A DNA stretch of 64,000 nucleotides from NCBI GenBank assembly GCA_951406725.2, contig OX597829.1:30194001-30258000 (forward strand), in the 5' to 3' direction. A program made the translations under genes and the position numbers. Positions 27,059 to 39,768 of the stretch are shown one piece after another. This DNA is from Octopus vulgaris (Eukaryota). Each line of letters starts with the position of its first letter. Positions within the stretch are counted from its first letter, which is position 1. The notes beneath the pieces are model-generated. The model did no database searches. It had not been told where the DNA came from and saw nothing but the letters and a program-made list of their open reading frames with translations.

Positions 27059-27408
27059 ATAATATAATACAGTGAATGTCAGTGTGTTACACTTTTTCAA
27101 CTTTACTCCTAGCACAACATATACCATTTTGGAGTCAAAAGTATTTCGGGATGAATCTGGACCCACAATCCTGAAATTTTGGATTCCCAATTTTTCATTA
27201 CTATGATTGTTTTTGGTGATTTTTGTACATGACTTTTTGTGACAAATTTTTTTGTATGATAACAATTTTTATAATATAAAAGCTAACTCTATGAGCAAAT
27301 TAAAAACATTTTGGGCCGAATCTGGACCTGCAATCCTGAAATTTTGGATTCCTATGTTTTCATTACTGCGATTGTTTTTGGCGATTTTTTAAAATGATTT
27401 TTTGCAAT

Positions 27409-27492
27409 GAATACGATCATCATTGGGATATGACTCTGGAAGAAGGAATTGCAACAAATTCTCCATAACAAGTCAGAGATCTGTTCGCAGAT
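27409..27492 (+). pseudogene. Helitron RepHel fragment
   Basis: Translates EYDHHWDMTLEEGIATNSP*QVRDLFAD, resembling the W..TL.EA....SP.QLR.LFA stretch of Helitron Rep/helicases. It is preceded by a ~100-bp direct repeat (27128-27405). Confidence 0.5.
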
Positions 27493-28750
27493 CTTCCTAT
27501 TCAGGGGCAGCTGCTTAAAGCTGTATATTAGCTTAAAAGCAACTCAACAGGCTTTTAAGCTAGTCTACCATAGCCTCGTGTCCACCAAATCCTTGTAAGT
27601 GGATTCAATAGATGGAAATTGAAAAAAGCCTGCTGTGTGTGTGTGTGTGGGGGGTGTATGTTTGTGTCTTTGTGTTTATGTTTGTCCTTCCCCCTGCTTG
27701 ACAACCAAGGTAATTATGGATTTTTTTTTTATCGATAATTTGATCTTTTATGCTTTTAATTTTTTTCTTTCTTTTCTTCCTGTAAAAATAGATGTAATAA
27801 AATGTAATTCAAAGATAAAATATATGTGCATAAAACTTAACAAGCAGTTATCTTCGGTGGTTTAACATTGTAGTCACAACTGGAAGTTAGTCAACAACTC
27901 TGGTGTTCTATGCAAGAAGAGCAGTGTATGGCTGAAAAAAAAAAAAAAACAGCAGAAATTATTAACTACTATAGAAGAGATATGTTATGAGCAACAGTGC
28001 GAAGAAAAATAATAGTCAAAACATTATATATATATATATATATATATATATTTCGTTTTTGGATTTGGTTTGCAATATATATATATGTGTGAGTATATAT
28101 ATATATATATATGTATGTATATATGTATATATATATATGAGTGTGTGTGTATGTATGTATATATATATGTATATATCTATATATATAATGAATTAATGAT
28201 GCAACGATGGGTGTGGTGTAAACGACAGTGGTTATAATAATGTATTCAATAGTATTGTGTTCGTTATTATACTTCAGTTAAATACGTTGATTTCGTTTCA
28301 TATAATTTTGAAATTAATGACGAATCATGTAGAAAAAAAACTTTGACATTAAGCTGGTGTTGGAAACAAATTAACATGAAATTTTGATGGAAGGTTTTTT
28401 ATTTAGATCACTTTAAAACAAAATGTGTTTCAGTATTGGATTATGCCCGTGCAGTCGTGAGTGGATATAGAGAGCAGCACCAAGGTTGGAACACGCTACC
28501 TGGTCGAAGAATCGAATCAACGACCGTGCGATCAGGAGACTATCACCACGAAATCATTAAGCCACGCCCCTTCTACAAAGTGCTTTATAGACTGTGTATT
28601 TAATAATCAATAAAGCAAACACTCACTTTTCAACTATATGCAACACGACAGAGAGAAACGTATATCAAATTAAAGATTAGTTTTAAAGCAGAGTGGTGAG
28701 AAAACTCTCTTTAGTTTTGTTGATTCTTTTTCTTTCCCACGCACACTCAC

Positions 28751-28900
28751 CCTCAGATACAATGGACTCGTGGGTGGGTGGACCACTGATCTACCCACCA
28801 CACTGTATATGATCGGTGAGGTGCATAGGTACTCGGCATTTGGCAATATCTCTGAAATGTCTGCACAGTTAGTTGCAATGTAAACAAGCCTTGCTGTCAT
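28751..28900 (-). CDS. Candidate first coding exon of an unrecognised gene (MTARLVYIATNCADISEILPNAEYLCTSPIIYSVVGRSVVHPPTSPLYLR)
   Basis: Non-repetitive and codon-like: exactly 50 codons from ATG to a strong AGG|GTGAGT donor. It sits in a locally CpG-retaining, promoter-like zone (~28450-29100). Confidence 0.6.
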
Positions 28901-29302
28901 TCTATAGTGAGCGCGTTTGTCAGCGGTGTATTAAATTTTGTTAATGCACAACTTTTTCGTCATGAATTAAATGTTTTTCATAAAAAAAAAAATTGTTTTG
29001 ATGTGTTCATAAACCATCAGAAGCAACCCCACCTCTTTCTAAAATATATCTTGCTGAAGTATAGGGTGTGGTACGCATTATCACTTGGAGTATATTAGTG
29101 ACCGAGAAATAACACACAATAGACAGAGAGCAGGCAGACAGACAAACAAAGAGACAGAGACAGACAGACAGACTGATAGACAGGCAAACAGACAGATAGA
29201 TAAATAGATAGATAGATACATGTGTGTGTATCTATATACACACACGAGTACTCGTTAATAACAAAATCCAAATTCTCGTTTCTGCTTTTTACCACGACCT
29301 AC

Positions 29303-29479
<177 letters not shown>

Positions 29480-30559
29480 AATATTTCGAATTTGATATAC
29501 ACAAACAAATGCACATGTTTAAGATGGATATATATAAAGTGTATAAATTCCGATACCCTTTCCACGACTCGTACATGTTAATGAATATAGAGACTGTTTT
29601 CTAGGAAGAACCATACACATCTCCAGGCTGTTGTTATTGCTTGGTTCCAGATGAGTCAATCAGCCAGTCACATGATGAAGGTATTCCAGCTGTAACTGTC
29701 CTTTTTTTTTTTTCCATTTTTTTTTTTTACATCTATGACTGCAAACAATAGGGTATTATTTGAGGGAGAGTTTGTTTGCCATTTCTCACTGATTGAACGA
29801 CTGCCTTGGGGTACTCGTTTCTCTCTCGACCACTAGATGGAAATGTTGCTGTTAAGTCTCTACTCAGCCTGGAGCAACAAGGCCAATCTATACTGAAAAC
29901 CATAATGGCAAATAGCAACCCAGTCCTTTGGCACTACATTATCATACCCGTCGCCTAGTGGATGTACTGGATGACACTCACCCCCCTTCACTATTCAAAG
30001 GTGCACCTTCAGATTTACTCTGCTTTAGTAACTCCACTTTAGCATTATTACAAATTAGTGCTCACTCAGAATATTCAGAAGCACTCACAGGCACTATACT
30101 CTGGCAGTGGGCCTGATATACACATACATGCATGTATGTATGCATATATGTATTCGTACGGGCATGCATGCATACATACATACATACATACATACATACA
30201 TACATACATACATACATACATACATACATGTGTACATGCATTGATACATTGACATATATATACAAACATACCATGCCCATCTAGTGATGGGCATAGCATG
30301 TTATTCAATGTTTTTTTTAATGTTAAATTGTAAGGCAATACAACACATCAGTTTGAATTAAATCTTTAAAGATTCCTGCAGAGTTTGTGTGTACAAATAA
30401 TGTGAAAATTAAGCAATTATTTAACACATCTATAGGTCACTATTGGATGGGGCTCATGGGTATGATATACCATCCAGTTTAACATATCCATAATATACTA
30501 TCTCTCTGTCTTTCAAAAGTAACAAGTAATATCTAAAAAGAGCTGTCAATCTGCCTCAT

Positions 30560-31580
30560 TTTCCCAGTGGACAAAATGGAAAACGTATTGCCTCAGAGAA
30601 TGGCAAGGGAGATGCACTGGAACAATCACTCAGACTCACCAGGCTTGCACTTGCAGATAGCCATCTCTGCCCCAATAGCAGTGAGCATGGATGTGGCCCA
30701 GAGGCCAAGAATGCTTGAGGTCTCCACTGCCACAGATTCAACAACAAATCTGTTAGAGAGGGGCTGGTACTTTGACAGTTTACCCTTCTCAGCCTGACAA
30801 GCAGCAAAGCTTGCACTGACAGCTGAACACATCAGGTCGCTACTGAAGAAGGTGTCATAGCTTGTAGCATCTCAGATGAGAGGCCTAGCACCACAGAACG
30901 GGAAGGTTGTCATGCTGTTTGGCCTTTTACCATCATCTTGGTCTAGCCTCATTGACTCAAGCTAGGAAGGGAAGCCTGTGGCATCTCAACAATGCTTTAT
31001 GTTCTCAATGAGAGCAGCATGGTATTGAAGGTGGACAGCACTATGATGGCGTGACAATGGATGGAGACTGGAAGGATCCACAGTGGATCTGCAATGGAAT
31101 TTGCAAGGTTCATGGATCTGGAGACAAAACCTCAGATCCATGAACCTTGCACAGACAGTCGCTATCAAGTTGAGTGCCAGTTGAGACTGAGGGCACTGTG
31201 TTGGGTAAGTCACTGCTGTGGGGTTAGGAATCATGCCACATGGTGCTGGTCAAGTTAGTACACTGCCAGTCTGAAACCAGACTGCACTGAATGGCATCCT
31301 ATTTGTTTTGGGGGGACGGGACATACACAAAGGAGAGAGGCAGAGGCTGAGCTAGCTTTATGTAGCATAGGCTGCTTTGCACTCTCAGATCACAGTAAGT
31401 TGAGTTGAGTTGTAAGAGGCCACCAATGAGAGAAATGCTGGCAAGGCCAGTGAGACTGGACACTGGAAGCTGAAGCCACCGTACTTGACAGGTAAGGTGG
31501 CCTGTTGCCATGGAGAGTCACCAAACTGGATGATGCATATATCTTCAGTAGCCTGTTGGGTGCAGGCATTGACATCTGTA
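30560..31580 (-). mobile_element. CRE-clade non-LTR retrotransposon 3' fragment (zinc knuckle + restriction-like endonuclease), decayed
   Basis: Minus strand reads HCRSTVDPSSLHPLS...HAAL (decayed CCHC), LDQDDGKRPNSMTTFPFCGARPLI*DATSYDTF (DGKRPD..WD), AEKGKLSKY...VAVET and LFQCISLAILRGN. Confidence 0.75.
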
Positions 31581-31896
31581 AGGAGAGATGCAGATTGTAT
31601 GTATGTATATATATATATATATATATATATCTACTAAGTCAAAAATTGTGAAGCATGACTGTCACCACTACTACATGAACCTGAAGATTGCAGAATTTAA
31701 TGCATGAAAGTACTAGTTCAATCAGAATGAAAATTTAACATTCTATTATATTATTTTATTTTATTTTATTATATTATATTATCTTATATCATTATAAGAT
31801 TGTAAATAAAACATGAAAATCAGACAAGGTTGGAATTCCTTTTATTAATATATTCTTCTATACACAATCACACACACCCGTATATCTATATCTATA

Positions 31897-31932
<36 letters not shown>

Positions 31933-31968
31933 TGTATGTATGTATGTATGTATGTATGTACATATATA

Positions 31969-32132
31969 TTTTTTTTTATCAAAGCTGAAAAAACATTACA
32001 AAAAGCTGTGACTCAGAGTTTCATGTTCCCATTTGTCGGACAGTTGTGATCACAACTGTCTGATGAACAAAAGCATAAACCTCTGAGGCACAGTTTTTTT
32101 GTGATGTTTTTGCAGCTTTAATAAAAAAAAAA
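31969..32132. mobile_element. Palindromic Penelope-like terminal-repeat remnant with hammerhead cores in both arms
   Basis: ~80-bp inverted arms are centred on gtga|tcac (32049/32050). CTGATGA lies at 32060-32066, and the minus arm reads ATG-GGAA-CAT-GAAA-CTCTGAG-TC-ACAG. Confidence 0.65.
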
Positions 32133-32200
32133 CATTACTCTACCTTCGGTATTTGAATAATATTTTTTCTACTTTGTTTTGCATCTATGTTCTTACTCTC

Positions 32201-32250
<50 letters not shown>

Positions 32251-32352
32251 GATATATAATGCTGTATGCTTTGATTAATATATATATATAAAATATATAT
32301 ATGATATATAATACTGATAAACATATATGATATATAATACTGTATGCTTTGA

Positions 32353-32402
<50 letters not shown>

Positions 32403-33165
32403 CAAATATATCCATATACGTCTATACTTAAAAAAAAAGGCATCAGTTAATTTAGTTTGAGGGTGATGATCCGAGGATATGTGCATACAAATACAATATA
32501 AATTTTATAATTAAAATAAAGTGAAATGAAATAGAAAATTGTTTTAAGTTGGATATGAAATTTTGAAAGGATTCATGGGGATAAAATAAACGAAACTCCT
32601 CTCATTCACCTGTTTCTCCATAAAAATGATCAACAAGAAAAAGACAGGTAGAGAGAGGTTTGATTAAAAGGTTGACCTATCACATACAGTTTCCCTTGAT
32701 GGTTCATATTTCATTTGTCACAGACAAAATATCCGGCTGCAATGTAAACTGTTGTCAGTTTAGAGTTTGTAGGAAGAGTGTTAAGTGGATGTGATAAAAA
32801 AAAAAAAGAGAAAACACTGTATGTGTATGGTGGTGGTGATGGTGGATTGTAAGCATTTAGTTTTTGTTACGAGTTCAAATCTATTTTCATTTCTTCAAAT
32901 TTCCCTTGTATATATAAAAATATAATGCTTGTCATGTAATCAATATAATTCAGTTCCTTTTTGCCTCTCTTCTACATATGTAAGAGTCTTCGGAAAATCT
33001 TCCGCCCGTCCACCCCACCATTTTCTCCCAAATTTGTTTATTTTAAAAAATCTTTTGCCAAAATCCCTCATTTTCGGATACGGAGGTTCCAGAAAATTAC
33101 CAAAAATTGGCATTGTGAAATCTCCCCCCCCCCCTGCCCGCAATTTCTTAAATTTTGACTTTTTT

Positions 33166-33223
33166 CCCTAACACTAAACCCTAACCCTAACCTTAACCCT
33201 AAAACCCTAACCCTAACCATAAC
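33166..33223. repeat. Interstitial telomere-like (CCCTAA)n tract, degenerate
   Basis: ccctaacactaaaccctaaccctaaccttaaccctaaaaccctaaccctaacc. Confidence 0.85.
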
Positions 33224-34159
33224 TACAGAAATGTTTTGAAATTTTTTTCTGATTCGTAATGTCTGTAATGTTCTGCATATTTAGAAGAAAACAAAATTCT
33301 TAAAAAAAATTTTACAAAAATTTTGGAAATTGTTTTCAGAATCATAATTTCCATATTTATCCGTATATTTAAAAAAATAAATTCTGAAAAAATTAAGAAA
33401 TGAAGGAAATGAAGGAAATGCTAATTTTTTCCAATTTGCAGATTCATATTCCCTGTAGCTGAAAAGGGCTGGTTTGTGTTGAAAAAAAATGTAAAAAAGG
33501 GTGTTTTTTGGAGTGGGAGCCTTCTACTAACATGACAAAGCAATGTTTACATAATCAAATGTGTAACATACAAACAACCACCAGTTTTATGTGCACACAA
33601 ATGCACACACACACACAACACATGCACACGTTTTTTTCTCTCTCTCGCACACACACACGCACACACCCATACACAGTCTTTCTCTTTGATACAAATCCAT
33701 AGTCATTAGTTTGGTTCATGCTGTATCTCACATCTGTCCATCAATGTCCATCATGTCTGCATTCGTGGGTTTTTCTCTGGTTTCTTTTGATGGTTTCTAT
33801 AGCAAGCAAATCATTTTATTTTTATTTTCCAAGATGAGAAAATTTAGTCCTCACTCCTCACCAAACTTGACCATTTTCATACGTCTGCTTGGACCCTACT
33901 GGTTTCTTTATTTCACTGGCAAGAACCAGGTGAAGATCACATGTGATGTCAGAAAGATATATATATATATATATATATAGTGTACATTTAAACACATAAG
34001 GAATCCACTCGTGGGATTCAACATGCTAGAAAGAGCAGCTAGGTTCTATAACCACAAAAATTAGGGATAAAATTAGACAGGAACAAAATGAAAAATAAAA
34101 ACATTTTACCATCAAGTTTCCTGGACCAATTAGTTTCTGATTTTAGTTTAGCAAGCAAA

Positions 34160-34945
34160 TAACATTTACTCGTGAGGTATCCAAGAATCATCCTCATCAG
34201 TGAGATTGCCGGTTTAGTCACTGATGACCCTGACCATGCAACAAGTTATACTGAGTTACATGTTACCAGTAGTGCTCAAGAGTGACCTGAACTTTTTCAT
34301 AAAGACAAAGTCTCTGCCAGGAAAATTGGTCTACACATAAGTGTTACCAAGACAAAGTACATGTTACTAAACCAAGAAGATGGAAACCTTATCACATTGG
34401 ATGGTGGAATACTAAACTGAGTTAATGATTTTCTTTATTTGGGCAGCTGGATATTGACATTAGAAGTACCAAGGCTGGAACTGCAATGAAGAAAATGGAA
34501 AATACATTGAAGTCAGAGCTACTCAGAAAAATTAAAATATCATTTTTCGGAACATCTGTTGAGTCAGTGTAGTATGGATCAAGAATGTACCCCTGACACA
34601 AGCACTTCAAAGAAACTAGAAGACTCACATATTAAAATGCTTAGGGTTTGTACAAAAATTGGCATCAATGTATTACAAGAGAAAGTTTATACGGAAACTT
34701 GTCCAAAGTAGCAACTACAATTGCTCAAAGACAGTTATGATTTGCAAGACATTGCTGGAGACATAGACAGGAAGTTATAGACAAACTACTTTTGTAGGAA
34801 GCAAATTGTGGAAGATGCAGCAGAGGAAGACCTGCTCAAATATTCATTGATCAGCTCTCAGACAATACAAAACTCAGTAAGGAGCAGTTGTCATGCGCAA
34901 TGAAAAGTCAGGAATTGTGGAGAGGCTTTGTCAGCAATGTCCAAC
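34160..34945 (+). pseudogene. RTE-type LINE reverse transcriptase C-terminal remnant
   Basis: ARKIGLHISVTKTKYM, VNDFLYLGSWI, KIKISFFGTSVESV.YG, FARHCWR and RGRP, with many stops and frameshifts. Confidence 0.75.
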
Positions 34946-34992
34946 CATGGTCATAAAAAACAAAACAAAAACAAATGTGTGTGTGTGTGTGT

Positions 34993-35032
<40 letters not shown>

Positions 35033-35129
35033 ACGCGCGCGCGTGTGCGTGTGTGTGTGTGTGTGTGCGCGCGTGTGCGTGTGTGTGTGTTCGGAGAATT
35101 TTAAATGTGTTTGATTCAAGATTTGAGAG

Positions 35130-35700
35130 GATAAGATACAAGATTGTTTCCTTTGCATGAACAGTAATTGTGAGTATGTTCATTGAAGTTGGCAAGTATG
35201 AGACATATTAATGATTTATATAGGAAGAAAGTAGAACGTCTGTGGAGCTGGTTTTACGTAAGCCATATTGAGGATAATTGAAAAGAGTGAGAGAGAGAGG
35301 GGGAGAGAGAAAGTGAGAGAGAGAAAGTGAGAGAGAGAGAGAAGGTAGGAGAAAGAGAGAAGTTGAGACAAGGGGAAGGAGAGAGAGATCCAACTTATTG
35401 GAGAAAATGGTTGTTATTGATTGTTTCTATTAACTTTGAAGCATTTGAAGTGAGAGCGACAGGTCGAAAGTTGGTGGCACCAGGAAAGTTACACTCGAGA
35501 ATGGAACACATTACAAGTTTCTTGTAGAGGGAGAAACTGGAGAGTTTGGTGAAACTGTGGTTTGCTGGGTTTTGGAGTAAAACACTTAGAAACTCTATGT
35601 AGGCAATAGGGGAAAGGTTGAGTGGAGTAGATTTTTGTTGAATCTGTGTAATAAATAAAGAGTTCAAATCATATCAGTTAGCCCATGCAGAAGCTTTTTC
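35130..35700 (-). pseudogene. CR1/L2-group LINE RT fragment
   Basis: NFRPVALTSNASKLIETINN (NYRPISLT motif) and QYGLRKTSSTDVL (QYGFR..RST motif). Confidence 0.65.
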
Positions 35701-35723
35701 TATGAAACTTTATTGTTTGAGGA

Positions 35724-36100
35724 ACAGTGGAGGCACGTGGCTTAGTGGTTAGGGTGTCAGCCTCATGATCGTAAGATTGTGGTTTTGATTCCTGGACCGG
35801 GCGACGCAGTGTGTTCTTGAGCAAAACACTTCATTTCACGTTGCTCCAGTCCACTCATCATCATTCATCATCATTATCGTTTAACGTCCGTTTTCCATGC
35901 TAGCATGGGTTGGACGGTTCAACTGGGGTCTGGGAAGCCAGGAGGCTGTGCCAGGCCCAGTCTCAGCTTGCAAAAATGAGTAAAGCTGCAATGGACTGGC
36001 GTCCCATCCAGCTTGGGAACACATACGCCAAAGAAGCCAGGAAACCGGACCCATGAGCCTGGCTAGGCTTTAAAAGGGCACATTTATTTATTTTTATTAT
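35724..36100 (+). mobile_element. tRNA-derived SINE family D with a nested inverted RTE tail
   Basis: A-box tggcttagtggttag and a B-box-like ggttttgattcc. The 15-bp TSD tttattgtttgagga lies at 35709-35723 and 36101-36115. The RTE tail is inserted at ~35858-35965. Confidence 0.85.
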
Positions 36101-36696
36101 TTTATTGTTTGAGGACTAATAGTGAAAAGGATTTTGCTAAATTGGTAGAGCTCCTTTGTTAAGACACCAATCAGACCTGCTGGAAGTTGGGATTCTAGAG
36201 AGAGGGAGAGCTTACAAACTGTGTACTGCACAAAGGCATTCATTTTTGTTTACCTGATTGTTGTTTGCAGTGATAAAACACACCCCTGGTGATAGTGAGG
36301 TATAAGAAGAAAAGAGAGAAACCCTTTCTTCCCACTGGAAGAATGACTTATCCAAACTTCTTCCACCACTATTTATTTATCTCTAGTCATTATTCTAACA
36401 CTTGTTCCATCCACTTGTCTATTTCTGTCTAATTATGTCACCTAGGTAACAGAATGTATCTTCTATTTTTAGTTAACTATCTGAGCAGTCCATAGCCTTC
36501 ACTTTTAGACTACACACAACAAATTGCCATTTACTTCCTTGCAGCTGCTGCACTTTAGACACACACACACACACACACATGCATACTTACACACACACAC
36601 ACTTATAACACACACACACACTTATAAGCAGTTTTACTTTTCTTGTTAGTGCAATATGCAGCTTTTGCATTGGCATGCTTGTATATATATATATAC

Positions 36697-36767
<71 letters not shown>

Positions 36768-36781
36768 CACACACACACAGA

Positions 36782-36999
36782 CGAGGGGGTGCTGAAAAGT
36801 TCCTGGCTTTGGGTAAACAAAAATGCAGGAGGATCAGTTAATTATGATTTTATTGAACATATTCCTCTCTCAGATTAATACATTAATTGCAGCGGTCCTT
36901 CAGTTTTTCTAAGCCCTGTAAAAGAACTAAGGAGGTTGGGTCTCCGACCAGGCCTTTCACAATACCCTTAAGGCCAGGAACTTTTCAGCTCACCCCTCG
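36782..36999. mobile_element. mariner-type MITE
   Basis: TIRs cgagggggtgctgaaaagttcctggc / gccaggaacttttcagctcacccctcg, followed by TA. Confidence 0.85.
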
Positions 37000-37106
37000 T
37001 AGATATCTTTTATTCTCTATTTGGTTTAAGCTAGAAGTTGCAATCATACTGGGGTGCATACATGCATGCAGTTAGACAGACAGGCAGGCAGATATATACA
37101 ATATCT

Positions 37107-37338
37107 CTTTCTTTACTACCCACAAGGGGCTAAACACAGAGAAGACAAACAATGACAGACAAACAGATTAAGTCGATTATATCGACCCCAGTACGTAACT
37201 GGTACTTATTTAATCGACCCCGAAAGGATGAAAGGCAAAGTCAACCTGGGCGGAATTTGAACTCAGAAAGTAGCGGCAGACGAAATACCGATAAGCATTT
37301 CACCCGGCGTGCTAACGATTCTGCCAGCTCGCCGCCTT
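37107..37338 (-). mobile_element. tRNA-derived SINE family C, full length
   Basis: Minus-strand head ggcggcgagctggcagaatcgttagc, B-box gagttcaaattcc. The 12-bp TSD tatacaatatct lies at 37095-37106 and 37339-37350. Confidence 0.85.
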
Positions 37339-37711
37339 TATACAATATCTTTTACTAGTTTCAGACACAAGGCTGTGGCCTTACTGGGACGCTGCCTTAA
37401 AAAGCTCTTTTTAAAATCAGGTATTTATTCTGTTTGTCTCTTTTGTTGAACAGTTAAGCTGCAAAAATGTTAACACACCAATGGCAGATATCAATATGGT
37501 GGGAGGGACAAGCACAAACACAAACATACATGCTCATGTACATGAAATGGGCTTCCACACAGTTTCCCTCAACCAAATTCACTCACAAGGCAGTAATTGG
37601 CTTAGGCTAAGAGTAGAAAATACTCATTCAGGGTCTCCTGCTGAGTGACTTAACCCAGATGATTTCCGTAAACCTGCCTTCGTCTTTTGTCTATTTTCAT
37701 AAAGCTTCCCG

Positions 37712-37770
<59 letters not shown>

Positions 37771-38467
37771 TATATACATATATGTATGTATGTATAATAT
37801 TGTATTATATCATATTATATCATATGAAGGTGGCAAGCTGGCAGAATTATTAGCATGCTGGGAAAAACGCTTAGTGGTATTTTGCCTTTCTTCTTTTCAG
37901 GGTTGATAAAATAAGGACCAGTTGAACATTGGGCTTAATGCAATCGACTTCCACCATCCCACCCAAAATTGCTGGCCTTGTGCCAAAACTTGAAACGATT
38001 ATATTACATGTGTGTGTGTATGTGTGTCTATAGTATGTATAGATGTATGTATGTATGTATGCACATATATAATATATATATATATGCATGGTTATATGAA
38101 TAATTTCTGTATGCATATGAGTGTGACGTTAGTGCTTGTGTGTGTGTATGTGTGTCAGGGAACTATAATCTCTTAGCAACTGAGCTAATGTTTCCTGAAG
38201 TTCCATATATAGAATCATTTAGAAACAATGGTTTTCTTTGGTTTGATTATTTGCTATTTAACCTAATATATTTGGGAAGAAACCTCGTCGTGCTTCCATG
38301 CCTCTACATAAATGGTTGTTGTTATTATAATTATTTTTCCTTTGTTACTGTTTCCTCTCAACACCTCCCCTATCCATTTCTTTTGCCTTAGACTAAGCCA
38401 TTTCTGCAACTACTTGATTTAAATGAACACAAGACATAAATACACAGTACAGAACATTGTCTAATAA

Positions 38468-39179
38468 CACTGTACAACAAATTTCAGGGTAAAAAAAAAA
38501 ACATAGTTCTCATGTATATGTTATGAAGTTGACTGCTAAATTCGAATTTTATAACAAAAATTTCCCATGTCATATTTTCTTGTTAATTATTGACTTTATA
38601 ACTATGCAATTTATACTAATTTCCAAGGTACCATAAATTTATTTTGCTTCCAGAGTCAGATTAAATATGTCCATTGTAATTAATTCATAAATATATAATG
38701 AATTGGCATGTTTGTTAGCATTATGTTATGTATCAACCTATATTTTAATATTTACTTCTTTGTTTATAAGATGTCTCAGGTGTGTCACACTTCAGGTTCT
38801 TGCAGAAGTCAGCCAGCATAGCTGGATTCCATTTTCCCTTATACCTGTTTTCCATTGATGCCATACCTTGATGGAACTTCTTTTCATGTTCATCACTCAC
38901 ATCTCCTGCATTCTCTGGGAAGAAGGACAGATGAGAATGAAGAAAGTGTATCTTCAGTGACATATTGCCTCTGAGATCTTGGTAGCACTTGATTAGGCTC
39001 TCCAGTATACTCTCTTGCTGGGCCACTTGGTGCTTTCCCAGAAGTCCTTTGCATACATCTTTGAATGCATGCCAGGCCGCTGTCACCTTGAAGTTATACA
39101 AAGTAATTAATGAATTTTTATGACTGTAAAATATATATTTTAGTGTTCAGGAGGAAATGTTTGATGTTTTAGCACAGTG
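38468..39179 (-). mobile_element. Chapaev3-like (CMC superfamily) DNA transposon, internally deleted
   Basis: Ends CACTG...CAGTG flanked by taa/tga. It encodes MSLKIHFLHSHLSFFPENAGDVSDEHEKKFHQ..MENRYKGKWNPAMLADFC (38745-39101), a C-terminal transposase block recalled as Chapaev3-type. Confidence 0.65.
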
Positions 39180-39434
39180 TGAAGCTGCATGGTCTTGTAA
39201 AAATGTTCAGCTCATAATTGTAAGATCATGGATTCAATTCCTGGACCAGTTAAGAGATTGTACTCTTGAGCAATGTAATTCATTTCATGTTTCTCCAGTG
39301 CACATATTTCATTCAACGCTACATTGTACACCTCCAGTTAATACACATGCACACATGCTCACACACACACATGCATACATGTATACATCATCATCATCAT
39401 ATATATATATGTGTGTGTACATATATATATACAA

Positions 39435-39645
39435 AATGTGACCTCGTGTGTATCGTTGGCGATTTTTTTCTCTGTCTTCCCTTCTCTTGATCTTTCCTTC
39501 TCCTATGTTTCCGACGAAGAGCTCCGCTCGAAACGTTAAACCCTCCTTCTTTCCTTCTTTCCTGAGCGTCCAATAATACTATATTTATTCCACGTCCTCG
39601 CGTTGTTGTGTTTTTTTTGTGCTTTCTTGTTTGGATTATCTATAT
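39435..39645 (+). mobile_element. Penelope-like terminal-repeat remnant with minimal hammerhead motif
   Basis: gttt-CCGACGA-a-gagc-tcc-gctc-GAAA-cgtt-aaac at 39507-39541, flanked by (AT)n/(TG)n tracts. Confidence 0.6.
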
Positions 39646-39652
39646 ATATACA

Positions 39653-39694
<42 letters not shown>

Positions 39695-39730
39695 TGTGTA
39701 TGTGTATGTGTGTGCATATGTGTGTGTGTT

Positions 39731-39768
<38 letters not shown>

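Noticed and set aside
27835-27931. Minus-strand exon after a strong poly-T acceptor
   Set aside because: All three frames contain stops and there is no good donor. It could only be a short terminal or non-coding exon (PYTALLA*) and is unsupported.
35729-35800. tRNA gene
   Set aside because: It has A/B boxes but no complete cloverleaf, and it is the head of a TSD-flanked SINE. The same applies to the family A and C heads.
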